Source: an uncultured virus (IMG/VR IMGVR_UViG_3300042387_001477) (taxonomy: Duplodnaviria > Heunggongvirae > Uroviricota > Caudoviricetes). From it: a stretch of DNA of 20,000 nt. Within the stretch, counting starts at the first letter, position 1. Each line of letters starts with the position of its first letter. The notes beneath the pieces were generated by a model. It ran no database searches and was not told where the DNA came from. It was given only the letters and a program-made list of their open reading frames with translations. Made by a program: the position numbers and the translations under genes. The DNA is taken from IMG/VR virus record IMGVR_UViG_3300042387_001477; one strand, written 5' to 3'. Positions 1 through 6,851 of the stretch are shown one piece after another.

Positions 1-527
1 AGAAGGACTGCACCACGCTTCAGGGCATTGACTACAGGACCATCATGCCATACGGTTTCCCCATCAACAAGTCGGAAGCCACCCAGCAGATCATCCTCAT
101 CGGTCTCAATAGTGATGTTGACACGAATCAGTTCACGCTTCAGGTGAGCACAAGCTTGCTCCACGCTGACAGTTTTACCGTTACCAGAAAGACCAGTGAT
201 GAAAACAGGATAGAACATCCCAGACTTGACAATTCGCTTCACATCACTGAAGTTGCCAAACGAGACATAGTTTTTGTCTTTCTGGGGAATGAAGCTAACT
301 ACAGGTGTAGCAGGAGTTGCAGACATAGAATTAAAGGTCTTTTCAAGTTGTTCAGTTACAGTCAAATTCCAGACTCCACGACCAGATTTGTTAGGTTCAA
401 GTGTCTTGCAAATAGTTGCAAGGGAAGTGTTTGAGTTTGCAGCATATTCAATCAGTTGTTGGCGAGTCACAGTTTCGCCGTAAAGAGCAGTCAGGTTTTG
501 AACAAGCTGATCAATCATTTGAGTCAT
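1..527 (-). CDS. cobS: CobS-like / MoxR-family AAA+ ATPase (N-terminal ~175 aa; runs off the window start)
   Basis: Not in the ORF track; translated by hand from ATG at 527: MTQMIDQLVQNLTALYGETVTRQQL...FIPQKDKNYVSFGNFSDVKRIVKSGMFYPVFITGLSGNGKTVSVEQACAHLKRELIRVNITIETDEDDLLGGFRLVDGETVWHDGPVVNALKRGAVL. Walker A GLSGNGKT and the MoxR-type DLLG motif are present; GAGGT Shine-Dalgarno upstream; adjacent to the VWA gene as in T4-like cyanophages. Confidence 0.92.
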   Translation of the reverse strand, partial: MTQMIDQLVQNLTALYGETVTRQQLIEYAANSNTSLATICKTLEPNKSGRGVWNLTVTEQLEKTFNSMSATPATPVVSFIPQKDKNYVSFGNFSDVKRIVKSGMFYPVFITGLSGNGKTVSVEQACAHLKRELIRVNITIETDEDDLLGGFRLVDGETVWHDGPVVNALKRGAVL

Positions 528-556
528 AATGAAGTTACCTCGTTTGGTATGAAAGT

Positions 557-585
557 AGTATAGGGCAAAAGGAGTGGGGTGTCAA
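557..585 (-). promoter_or_regulatory. sigma70-type early promoter for cobS
   Basis: Minus strand TTGACA (585-580), 17 bp spacer, TATACT (562-557). The -35 box overlaps the TGA stop of the upstream gene. Confidence 0.85.
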
Positions 586-2741
586 GCGATTTGCTCGATG
601 AATTTCGATAAGATGATCTTATTGAAAGCCTTCTTACTCATTTGAGTTTTGAATGCGGTCAACGGATTTGCTGGGATTGCAGGGGCAATGTCTGTGGGAG
701 TACTATTGCCGATCTCAATAAAGTAGAGTTCGTTGTACCCCAAAGAAGTTGCAGTAAATGACCTAGTTTTTGCCCACTCGGAAGATACTGCAGTCCAATT
801 TGAAAACTCATCTTTTAGATATCGAGCAACAAAAGACTTGGCACCATAGAAATCAATAAGTCGGAATCCTACAGCATTTGATCCAGTGATTTGACGATAG
901 TAATCTACAAATGCACTGGTAATTCCCATACTTCCATTTTTACTGATATTCATCATAGTAATTTTGTTTTTCTTGTCCTGAAGACATAGAATTTCATTTG
1001 CACTTAGCCAACCAGAATGAACAATGTTCGTATTACCATAAGTTGAACGATTGTATGCAACTGAGTTAGATTCCCCATCAGTCAAGAAAACTGTGTTAAC
1101 TTTATCTACTTTATAAGTTTTCTTGAATTTATCAAACACATCAATCGCTGCAAATACGCATTCATTCAAAGGAGTGCTACCTAGATCATAATGAGTATAC
1201 TCAGTAGTTAGATATGATTGCAGATCTAGAGCATGTGCAAGTTTCCAGAGATTCTTCATCTGACTATCCAGTTGAGCAGTATTCATTTTACTGCTCAGCA
1301 AATTCACAAGAAGGAAATCATTATTGATAAAAATTTGATTTTCCTTTACGGATAATTTCTTACTGCGAGATATTTGATTATAATTCTTTGCGGTATTCCT
1401 GTCATTGAAGGAATACACTTCAAAGGGAATCTGTACTTTTTTGCAGAACTGAATCAGATTGAACAGTTGCTTGATAGTACCTACTAGGTTTCCTTGCATG
1501 GAACCAGACCAGTCAAGATACATGATTAGACCATGAGACTTACCTTTAGGAACTACAGTTACCTTCTTGAAGATATCATCATTCCACTTATAGGAATGCA
1601 TTTTGTTGGTATCAAGAACACCAGTTCCAGCGGTAGCAGACCGATTGTATTCAGTTGCTCGCTTTTTCATTTCAAATTCTTTAATCAGATATGATACAGA
1701 CTTCTTACAATCATCCTTGTAATTTTTATAGTTACTCTCTGCTCTATCAAACATGCTCTTGTAATAACTTTTGCTTTTATACCCAGACTGATTAGCATAA
1801 TCAATCATGCTTGTGAAAATCTTAGGAAGATCTTTGACACATTCTTTCCAGGGAAGAAGATGATTATCAATATCAATAGATGGTGGAGTCAGATAGATGT
1901 AGGTGTCGCCAGTAAGACTAGCAAGTTGTTGTTGATTTTTAGACCATGCCTTATCTGTATCAGAAGTAAAATCTGCTTGCTTCCCAGAGTTGTTGGAAGA
2001 AGATGGAGTAGATTCCTTAGGAGTAGATTCCTTAGGAGCATCTTCTTTATTATCGCAATCAGATTGAGCAGAAGTCTGATTCTCACTATCACTTACGTTA
2101 CTTTCAGAACTTTGATTCTCCTGAGATTCAGACTGTTCTCCTTCACCTTCAAGTGAGTTTCCTGTGGCAGAAGACAGTTGAAGTTCAACTTGTTTTTCAG
2201 TATGCTCTACTAGTTCTTTTACAATATTTACTACATCTTCAAAGGTTTCTGCATTGGCAATTTTACCAATAAATACCTGCTCTTCTGGAGTAAAGTTAAT
2301 AAACACTCCAGCATGGACGTTGCCAAGTTTGAAGTGGAGATTGATTTTATCAATAAACTTCAGTTCATTAACATCAATAGAATCAATCTCAAAGAAGTCC
2401 TGATCATTCAGTTCTGAGTATCCACGATAAAATGAACGAGCAAGACCAGGATACTTACGCTTCATCAACTTCTCGATGCGAGCATCCTCAACCACATTCA
2501 GATATCCCTGAGGAAGATTTAGATCACTACCATATAGATCTGGAGTATAGATGGCATGACCAACTTCATGACCAACAAGAAGGTCATATACATCGTTAGA
2601 AGTACCTTCCCAAATAGGAAGAGTCAGCACACGATTGTGAGTATCGAAGCTTGCAGTGGGAACAGAACGATGTTCAACAGTAAGGTTTTCTGTTGCCAAA
2701 AGTTTAGCAAGAATACTCTTGGACTGTTTGATGTCGGACAT
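582..2741 (-). CDS. CobT-like protein: N-terminal HExxH metallopeptidase-like domain, acidic Ser/Glu linker, C-terminal VWA domain
   Basis: 719 aa. HEVGH (aa 58-62) followed by NVVEDARIE; low-complexity linker; MIDAS elements YLDWSGSM, GSTPL, FLTDGES; lies immediately upstream of cobS. Confidence 0.85.
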   Translation of the reverse strand: MSDIKQSKSILAKLLATENLTVEHRSVPTASFDTHNRVLTLPIWEGTSNDVYDLLVGHEVGHAIYTPDLYGSDLNLPQGYLNVVEDARIEKLMKRKYPGLARSFYRGYSELNDQDFFEIDSIDVNELKFIDKINLHFKLGNVHAGVFINFTPEEQVFIGKIANAETFEDVVNIVKELVEHTEKQVELQLSSATGNSLEGEGEQSESQENQSSESNVSDSENQTSAQSDCDNKEDAPKESTPKESTPSSSNNSGKQADFTSDTDKAWSKNQQQLASLTGDTYIYLTPPSIDIDNHLLPWKECVKDLPKIFTSMIDYANQSGYKSKSYYKSMFDRAESNYKNYKDDCKKSVSYLIKEFEMKKRATEYNRSATAGTGVLDTNKMHSYKWNDDIFKKVTVVPKGKSHGLIMYLDWSGSMQGNLVGTIKQLFNLIQFCKKVQIPFEVYSFNDRNTAKNYNQISRSKKLSVKENQIFINNDFLLVNLLSSKMNTAQLDSQMKNLWKLAHALDLQSYLTTEYTHYDLGSTPLNECVFAAIDVFDKFKKTYKVDKVNTVFLTDGESNSVAYNRSTYGNTNIVHSGWLSANEILCLQDKKNKITMMNISKNGSMGITSAFVDYYRQITGSNAVGFRLIDFYGAKSFVARYLKDEFSNWTAVSSEWAKTRSFTATSLGYNELYFIEIGNSTPTDIAPAIPANPLTAFKTQMSKKAFNKIILSKFIEQIA
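2005..2038. repeat. 15-bp in-frame tandem repeat (GGAGTAGATTCCTTA x2 plus GGAG), encoding PKESTPKESTP
   Basis: Exact copies at 2005-2019 and 2020-2034 plus a partial copy at 2035-2038, inside the acidic linker of the VWA protein. Confidence 0.9.
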
Positions 2742-2764
2742 AGGTGCCTCAATTCAGTCCTCAT

Positions 2765-2793
2765 ATAGTAACAGGTCCACCCCACCATGTCAA
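2765..2793 (-). promoter_or_regulatory. sigma70-type early promoter for the peptidase-VWA gene
   Basis: Minus strand TTGACA (2793-2788), 17 bp spacer, TACTAT (2770-2765); GAGG SD-like sequence just upstream of ATG 2741. Confidence 0.8.
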
Positions 2794-2815
2794 TGGGATG
2801 GACCATAAGGATTGC

Positions 2816-4528
2816 TTATAGCTCTTTTACTTTACTGAAATTCTTGACTTTTTCAAATTGAAGAACTTTCTCAAACTTATCATGTAGCATGTCACCTTTA
2901 TGAGAGATTACAAATACATTTGTATCACTATCAATTCCACGAAGTATCTTTAGAAAATCTTCAGTGCCAGATGTATCTAGAGAACTATCAAACACTTCGT
3001 CTAGGATAAGTAAATTTGTGCTTGCTGAATTCTTTAGTTTAGCAACTGCCCTCCATGTAAACATCAAGGCTAAGTCAATTCTCATTTTCTCGCCTTCTGA
3101 GAATGAAGTGTAACTAAATTCATCCCTAAATCTAGATTTGATAGTTTCTTCAAAGTTCTCATCGAGATTGAAGTTTACATAGAAGTCCATCAACTGAAGA
3201 TACTTGTTAATGAGTTGATTCATCACTGGTAGATATTTCTTGATGATCTTGGATTTAATTCCAGTATCTTTCAATAAAGTTGAGACAATTTCATAATAGG
3301 TTTTATTATTCTTCATCTTGTCCACTTGCTTCTTTAATACTACTCCCTCAGAAGCAAGTGTGGTTAGCTTTTGCTTTTCAGTTGCAATGTCTTTGTCGGT
3401 TTCATTGATTTTTTGAATTTCATCATTTAATGCATCAATAAACTTCTGAAGACTTTTGCAGTTGTAATTTTGAGAAGCAATCTTTACATTTAAATCATTT
3501 ATATCTGTCAAGATCTCTTGAGATTTATCAATAATAATTTGAGATTCTTTAATCTTGGTTTCGACTTCTTGAATTGCAGATTCAAGTTTTTCAATCTCAG
3601 TGTTGCATTTTGAGATATGAGTTTTCTTAACTTCTTCTGTCAAATCTTGCTGACAAGTTGGGCATACATCATTCTCATTATAAAACTGGATATTGGTAGT
3701 ATAATCAGATAGTTTAGTTGAGAATTTAGTCTTATATTTTTCTAGATCTTTGATATTAATTTTTGGAAGGGATGAGAGTTCTTGCTGTTTTACTTCTAGC
3801 TCTTGGCAAAGTTTATCGTAGGTCTCATTGCAATCTTTAATTTGCACTTCGTAATCTAGTATTTGAGATTTTTTATCATCAATATTTTTCTGAGACTGAC
3901 TGGTAATATAATCAATGTGATCCTTTTGCATTCCAACCTTTTCTTTTAAAAACTGAATCTCAGTCTCAAAAGTTTTGATGTTATCATTATTGGTTTTAAT
4001 TCGATCTTTTAGAATGACATTCATTGTCGAGAAGATACGAATGTCTAGAAGATCTTCAATAATTTCTCTACGATGCGCTGCAGGAAGTTGCATGAAAGGA
4101 ACAAAGGTGCTGGATCCCAAAATTACAATCTGAGTAAATGATTTGTAATTTAGCTTTAGGATGTTTTGCTCCAGATACTTTTGCTGATCGGAGGCAGCCG
4201 CAACTTGATCTAGAAGTTTACCATCAATCCAAATCTCAAAGATGTTTGGTTTCAGTCCACGAATAATACGGTATTCTTTTGATCCTATATTGAACTCTAG
4301 GTCTACTTTACAGTCCTTCTCATTTATAGAGTTAATTAACTGGTTTTTATTGACCTTGCGAAAGGACTTGTTGAACAGTGCAAATATGATTGCCTCAATG
4401 ACTGTACTTTTACCAGCACCGTTAGATCCAATTATGAGTGTAGTATTGGAATCATTTAGATTGACAGTGATCGGAGTATTACCAACTGCAAGAAAATTAG
4501 AGTATGTTACAGTCTTAAATAAAATCAT
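2816..4528 (-). CDS. g46: gp46 recombination endonuclease subunit (Rad50/SbcC-like ABC ATPase)
   Basis: Walker A GSNGAGKS, long coiled coil with central zinc hook CPTC, signature FSEGEKMRIDLAL, Walker B/D-loop LILDEVFDSSLD, H-loop VISH. Confidence 0.96.
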   Translation of the reverse strand: MILFKTVTYSNFLAVGNTPITVNLNDSNTTLIIGSNGAGKSTVIEAIIFALFNKSFRKVNKNQLINSINEKDCKVDLEFNIGSKEYRIIRGLKPNIFEIWIDGKLLDQVAAASDQQKYLEQNILKLNYKSFTQIVILGSSTFVPFMQLPAAHRREIIEDLLDIRIFSTMNVILKDRIKTNNDNIKTFETEIQFLKEKVGMQKDHIDYITSQSQKNIDDKKSQILDYEVQIKDCNETYDKLCQELEVKQQELSSLPKINIKDLEKYKTKFSTKLSDYTTNIQFYNENDVCPTCQQDLTEEVKKTHISKCNTEIEKLESAIQEVETKIKESQIIIDKSQEILTDINDLNVKIASQNYNCKSLQKFIDALNDEIQKINETDKDIATEKQKLTTLASEGVVLKKQVDKMKNNKTYYEIVSTLLKDTGIKSKIIKKYLPVMNQLINKYLQLMDFYVNFNLDENFEETIKSRFRDEFSYTSFSEGEKMRIDLALMFTWRAVAKLKNSASTNLLILDEVFDSSLDTSGTEDFLKILRGIDSDTNVFVISHKGDMLHDKFEKVLQFEKVKNFSKVKEL

Positions 4529-4790
4529 AGGAAATGGTATCAGGAGGAATTACAAAATCATCAGGGGTTATAACACAGTAATTATATCCAAAACTCTCAC
4601 AAGCAGTCACGGCATCTTCTTCCTCGATCTCAACTAATTGTAATTCAGGGAATCCGTCTGCTTCTAAAAGACCAACATATCGAAGTGCATCGTCTTCGTC
4701 AACAAACATTTGTAAAACTTTACTTCCGTCAGAAGTTTCTACTGCGTATGCACCTTCTTCCTTTTTGTCTTTGAGAGTTAGTATGTACAT
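4515..4790 (-). CDS. DUF3110-like small acidic protein (conserved cyanophage gene between g47 and g46)
   Basis: 91 aa with EGAYAV...KVLQMFVDEDDALRYVGLLEADGFP, resembling the cyanobacterial DUF3110 pattern as I recall it (MFE.EDDA.RY..LLEA.DF). TAATG overlap with g47 and a 14-nt overlap with g46. Confidence 0.7.
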   Translation of the reverse strand: MYILTLKDKKEEGAYAVETSDGSKVLQMFVDEDDALRYVGLLEADGFPELQLVEIEEEDAVTACESFGYNYCVITPDDFVIPPDTISYDFI

Positions 4791-5839
4791 TACTGAATTT
4801 CAGAAGCTTCCAGGTAAATAGATTTTATGATAGATTTCAATTGAGATTTATCATAATTATTTTTCATATCTTCTATATATCTCTGCAAAGTGGTTAGGGT
4901 ATCTTCATGTTCAGTAACTTCTTGATCATCTTGATCAGAAAATACTTGAGTATCTTCAATAATTTTTAGATCATGAACTCCAATAGTATAGAATTTCTCA
5001 ATTACTTTATCGAAGGTATATAAGTCATTTTTATTTTCTACGATAACTTTAACGTAGCTATCGGCATATTCTGATAGATCTGCTTTGGTATAATCATTCT
5101 TCGCATCATCATAATAAAACTTCTTGAACATTCTAAATGGATTACGAATGAATTCAAGTTTCCTGGAATCTAAATCATAAAGATGGAACCCACGTTCTTC
5201 ATTGTAATCACTCCATGTCATTTCATATGGATTGCCAAGATAATAGATGTTATCACTTCTTGATTTGTGATGAAAATGCCCAGAATAAACTCGTTTAAAT
5301 TTAGAAAAGATGTCTCTGTCTAATCCACCTTCAAACATATGTCCTGGGTGAGCTTCAAATCCATTGATTTCCAAATGACCCATCAATACTTCTGATTTTG
5401 TATTCTCTAGGTGATTCATCACTTTGAATTGATTCTCAGAGTTAATCCAGGGAATCATTGTAATGGTGTTTCCTAAAACATCAATATCACAAATTTCATC
5501 ATAAATTGTAATATTATCATAGCAATCAAGAAGAAGAGTTGGAGTATTTACTCTGTTAGTGTTCTTATAGTATGCAGTGTGGTTACCCACAATCATATGA
5601 ATTTGAACACCCATCTCCTGAAGTCGATCATAATAGTTTTTCTTGATCCTATCCCATGCAAGAAAATCTATTTGTTTTCTGTTATCAAATGTATCTCCAA
5701 GATCAAAAAGAATTTTGATATTATTCTTTTCTAGCGTGGGGAAAAATACTTCATTGTAGAACTTTAGAAAGAAGTCCCAGAATGCCTGAGATCCTTTTCT
5801 TCCGTCAAGATGTTGATCAGTAATAATGGCACTATTCAT
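4790..5839 (-). CDS. g47: gp47 recombination endonuclease subunit (Mre11/SbcD-like metallophosphoesterase)
   Basis: Phosphoesterase motifs TDQH, LGDTFD, VGNH, MGHLE, SGHFH; position between g55 and g46. Confidence 0.95.
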   Translation of the reverse strand: MNSAIITDQHLDGRKGSQAFWDFFLKFYNEVFFPTLEKNNIKILFDLGDTFDNRKQIDFLAWDRIKKNYYDRLQEMGVQIHMIVGNHTAYYKNTNRVNTPTLLLDCYDNITIYDEICDIDVLGNTITMIPWINSENQFKVMNHLENTKSEVLMGHLEINGFEAHPGHMFEGGLDRDIFSKFKRVYSGHFHHKSRSDNIYYLGNPYEMTWSDYNEERGFHLYDLDSRKLEFIRNPFRMFKKFYYDDAKNDYTKADLSEYADSYVKVIVENKNDLYTFDKVIEKFYTIGVHDLKIIEDTQVFSDQDDQEVTEHEDTLTTLQRYIEDMKNNYDKSQLKSIIKSIYLEASEIQ

Positions 5840-6306
5840 CGGTTGTTGCGATACTCCAAGTTTTCCTTAATGCTATTCATGTCTGACATATTATATCCCA
5901 TGATACTGCTATCTGCAGCAAATACTTCATCAAACCCAGATCGTTCTAGAAGTTTAGTTTTAATTTCTAATTGCTTCTTTTCTTTTTGAATACGACGAAG
6001 GAATGCAAAGTAGATAATCTGAGTGAAGTATGCAAAAGGATTAGTAGACTTTTCTGGATCAAAGTTATCAATATACTGAAGGCAGTTTTCAATGCCATCA
6101 CAAATCATATCATCCTTGAACATGTAATTAACAAAGTTAGGTCGATATGATAGGTGAGTAGCAATCTTTAAAAAGCATTCACCAATATAGTTTGGGACCT
6201 TTGGTTTGTCTCTACCTTCTTCTTTAGATAGTTTAACTTCCTTTCGGTAAACCATCAAAGCATCAAGAAAATCTTTGTTATTTACGTAATGTTCTTTTTT
6301 CTTCAT
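5836..6306 (-). CDS. g55: gp55 late-transcription sigma factor
   Basis: HYVNNKDFL...YIGECFLKIATHLSYRPNFVNY...DMICDGIENCLQYIDNFDPEKSTNPFAYFTQIIYFAFLRRIQKEKKQ, typical of gp55; ATGA overlap with g47. Confidence 0.97.
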   Translation of the reverse strand: MKKKEHYVNNKDFLDALMVYRKEVKLSKEEGRDKPKVPNYIGECFLKIATHLSYRPNFVNYMFKDDMICDGIENCLQYIDNFDPEKSTNPFAYFTQIIYFAFLRRIQKEKKQLEIKTKLLERSGFDEVFAADSSIMGYNMSDMNSIKENLEYRNNR

Positions 6307-6332
6307 TCAAGGTTTTTATTTCAAGTGTACTA

Positions 6333-6361
6333 AGCGTAACACATTCCTAGCATCTTGTCAA
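6333..6361 (-). promoter_or_regulatory. sigma70-type promoter driving g55-g47-DUF3110-g46
   Basis: Minus strand TTGACA (6361-6356), 17 bp spacer, TACGCT (6338-6333) preceded by an extended -10 TGn. Confidence 0.72.
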
Positions 6362-6368
6362 GAGGAGA

Positions 6369-6378
6369 GGGGGGGGGG
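6369..6378. repeat. G10 homopolymer within a 17-nt all-purine spacer between two divergent -35 boxes
   Basis: GAGGAGAGGGGGGGGGG at 6362-6378 in an otherwise AT-rich genome. Confidence 0.85.
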
Positions 6379-6407
6379 TTGACAAGACTGCTGAAAGTGT
6401 GTATAAT
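6379..6407 (+). promoter_or_regulatory. perfect-consensus sigma70 promoter pointing antisense to the uvsW operon
   Basis: Plus strand TTGACA (6379-6384), 17 bp spacer, TATAAT (6402-6407); no plus-strand ORF follows in the ORF track. Confidence 0.82.
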
Positions 6408-6452
6408 AACTCTGTCAGGGTTCAGAACTTTACTTTAAGTACTTAGAGTTCT

Positions 6453-6851
6453 TTAAGAGTCTATATTCAGTTTAAATGATTTTTCTAGAAGCTTCCTTGC
6501 TTCTTCAATCTTATTCTTGAATCCTAGTTCTTTATCTAGTGATACCTTATTGTTGTTATCTTGATTTAGATATTTCTTTAAAGTACTACGATACAAAATT
6601 AATATTTTATTATCTGCTTCTCCTACAGTAAATACTTTATTCTTTTCAATAAAAAATATATCTTCTTTGGAGAACTTAATCCAGGGTCTCATATCAACTT
6701 TGTACATCTCTCCAGCAGGAGTTGATATTTGTTCTACAGTTATTTCAAATGGATTTTCTATAACAAATCCATCTTCCTCTTCACATACAACTACATTACC
6801 AACTAACTCTGCTCCGTCAATTAATTTAATTATTCCATAAAATTCAGTCAT
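6453..6851 (-). CDS. conserved hypothetical protein downstream of uvsW (possible Sm/SH3-like beta fold)
   Basis: 132 aa, FYGIIKLIDGAELVGNV...IENPF...RPWIKFSKEDIFFIEKNKVFTV; occupies the usual cyanophage position between uvsW and g55; 8-nt overlap with uvsW. The fold is inferred. Confidence 0.75.
   Translation of the reverse strand: MTEFYGIIKLIDGAELVGNVVVCEEEDGFVIENPFEITVEQISTPAGEMYKVDMRPWIKFSKEDIFFIEKNKVFTVGEADNKILILYRSTLKKYLNQDNNNKVSLDKELGFKNKIEEARKLLEKSFKLNIDS

Noticed and set aside
45..483. Plus-strand ORFs 45-434 and 274-483
   Set aside because: Antisense shadows of the real minus-strand cobS gene (1-527), which has clear AAA+ motifs, an SD and a promoter.
2269..2275. ATAAATA on the plus strand inside the VWA gene
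   Set aside because: A lone AT-only heptamer in AT-rich coding DNA with no supporting context; likely chance.
1860..2806. Small ORFs 1860-2156, 1889-2092, 2556-2768 and 2624-2806
   Set aside because: They overlap the 719-aa peptidase-VWA gene in antisense or alternative frames and show no recognisable motifs.
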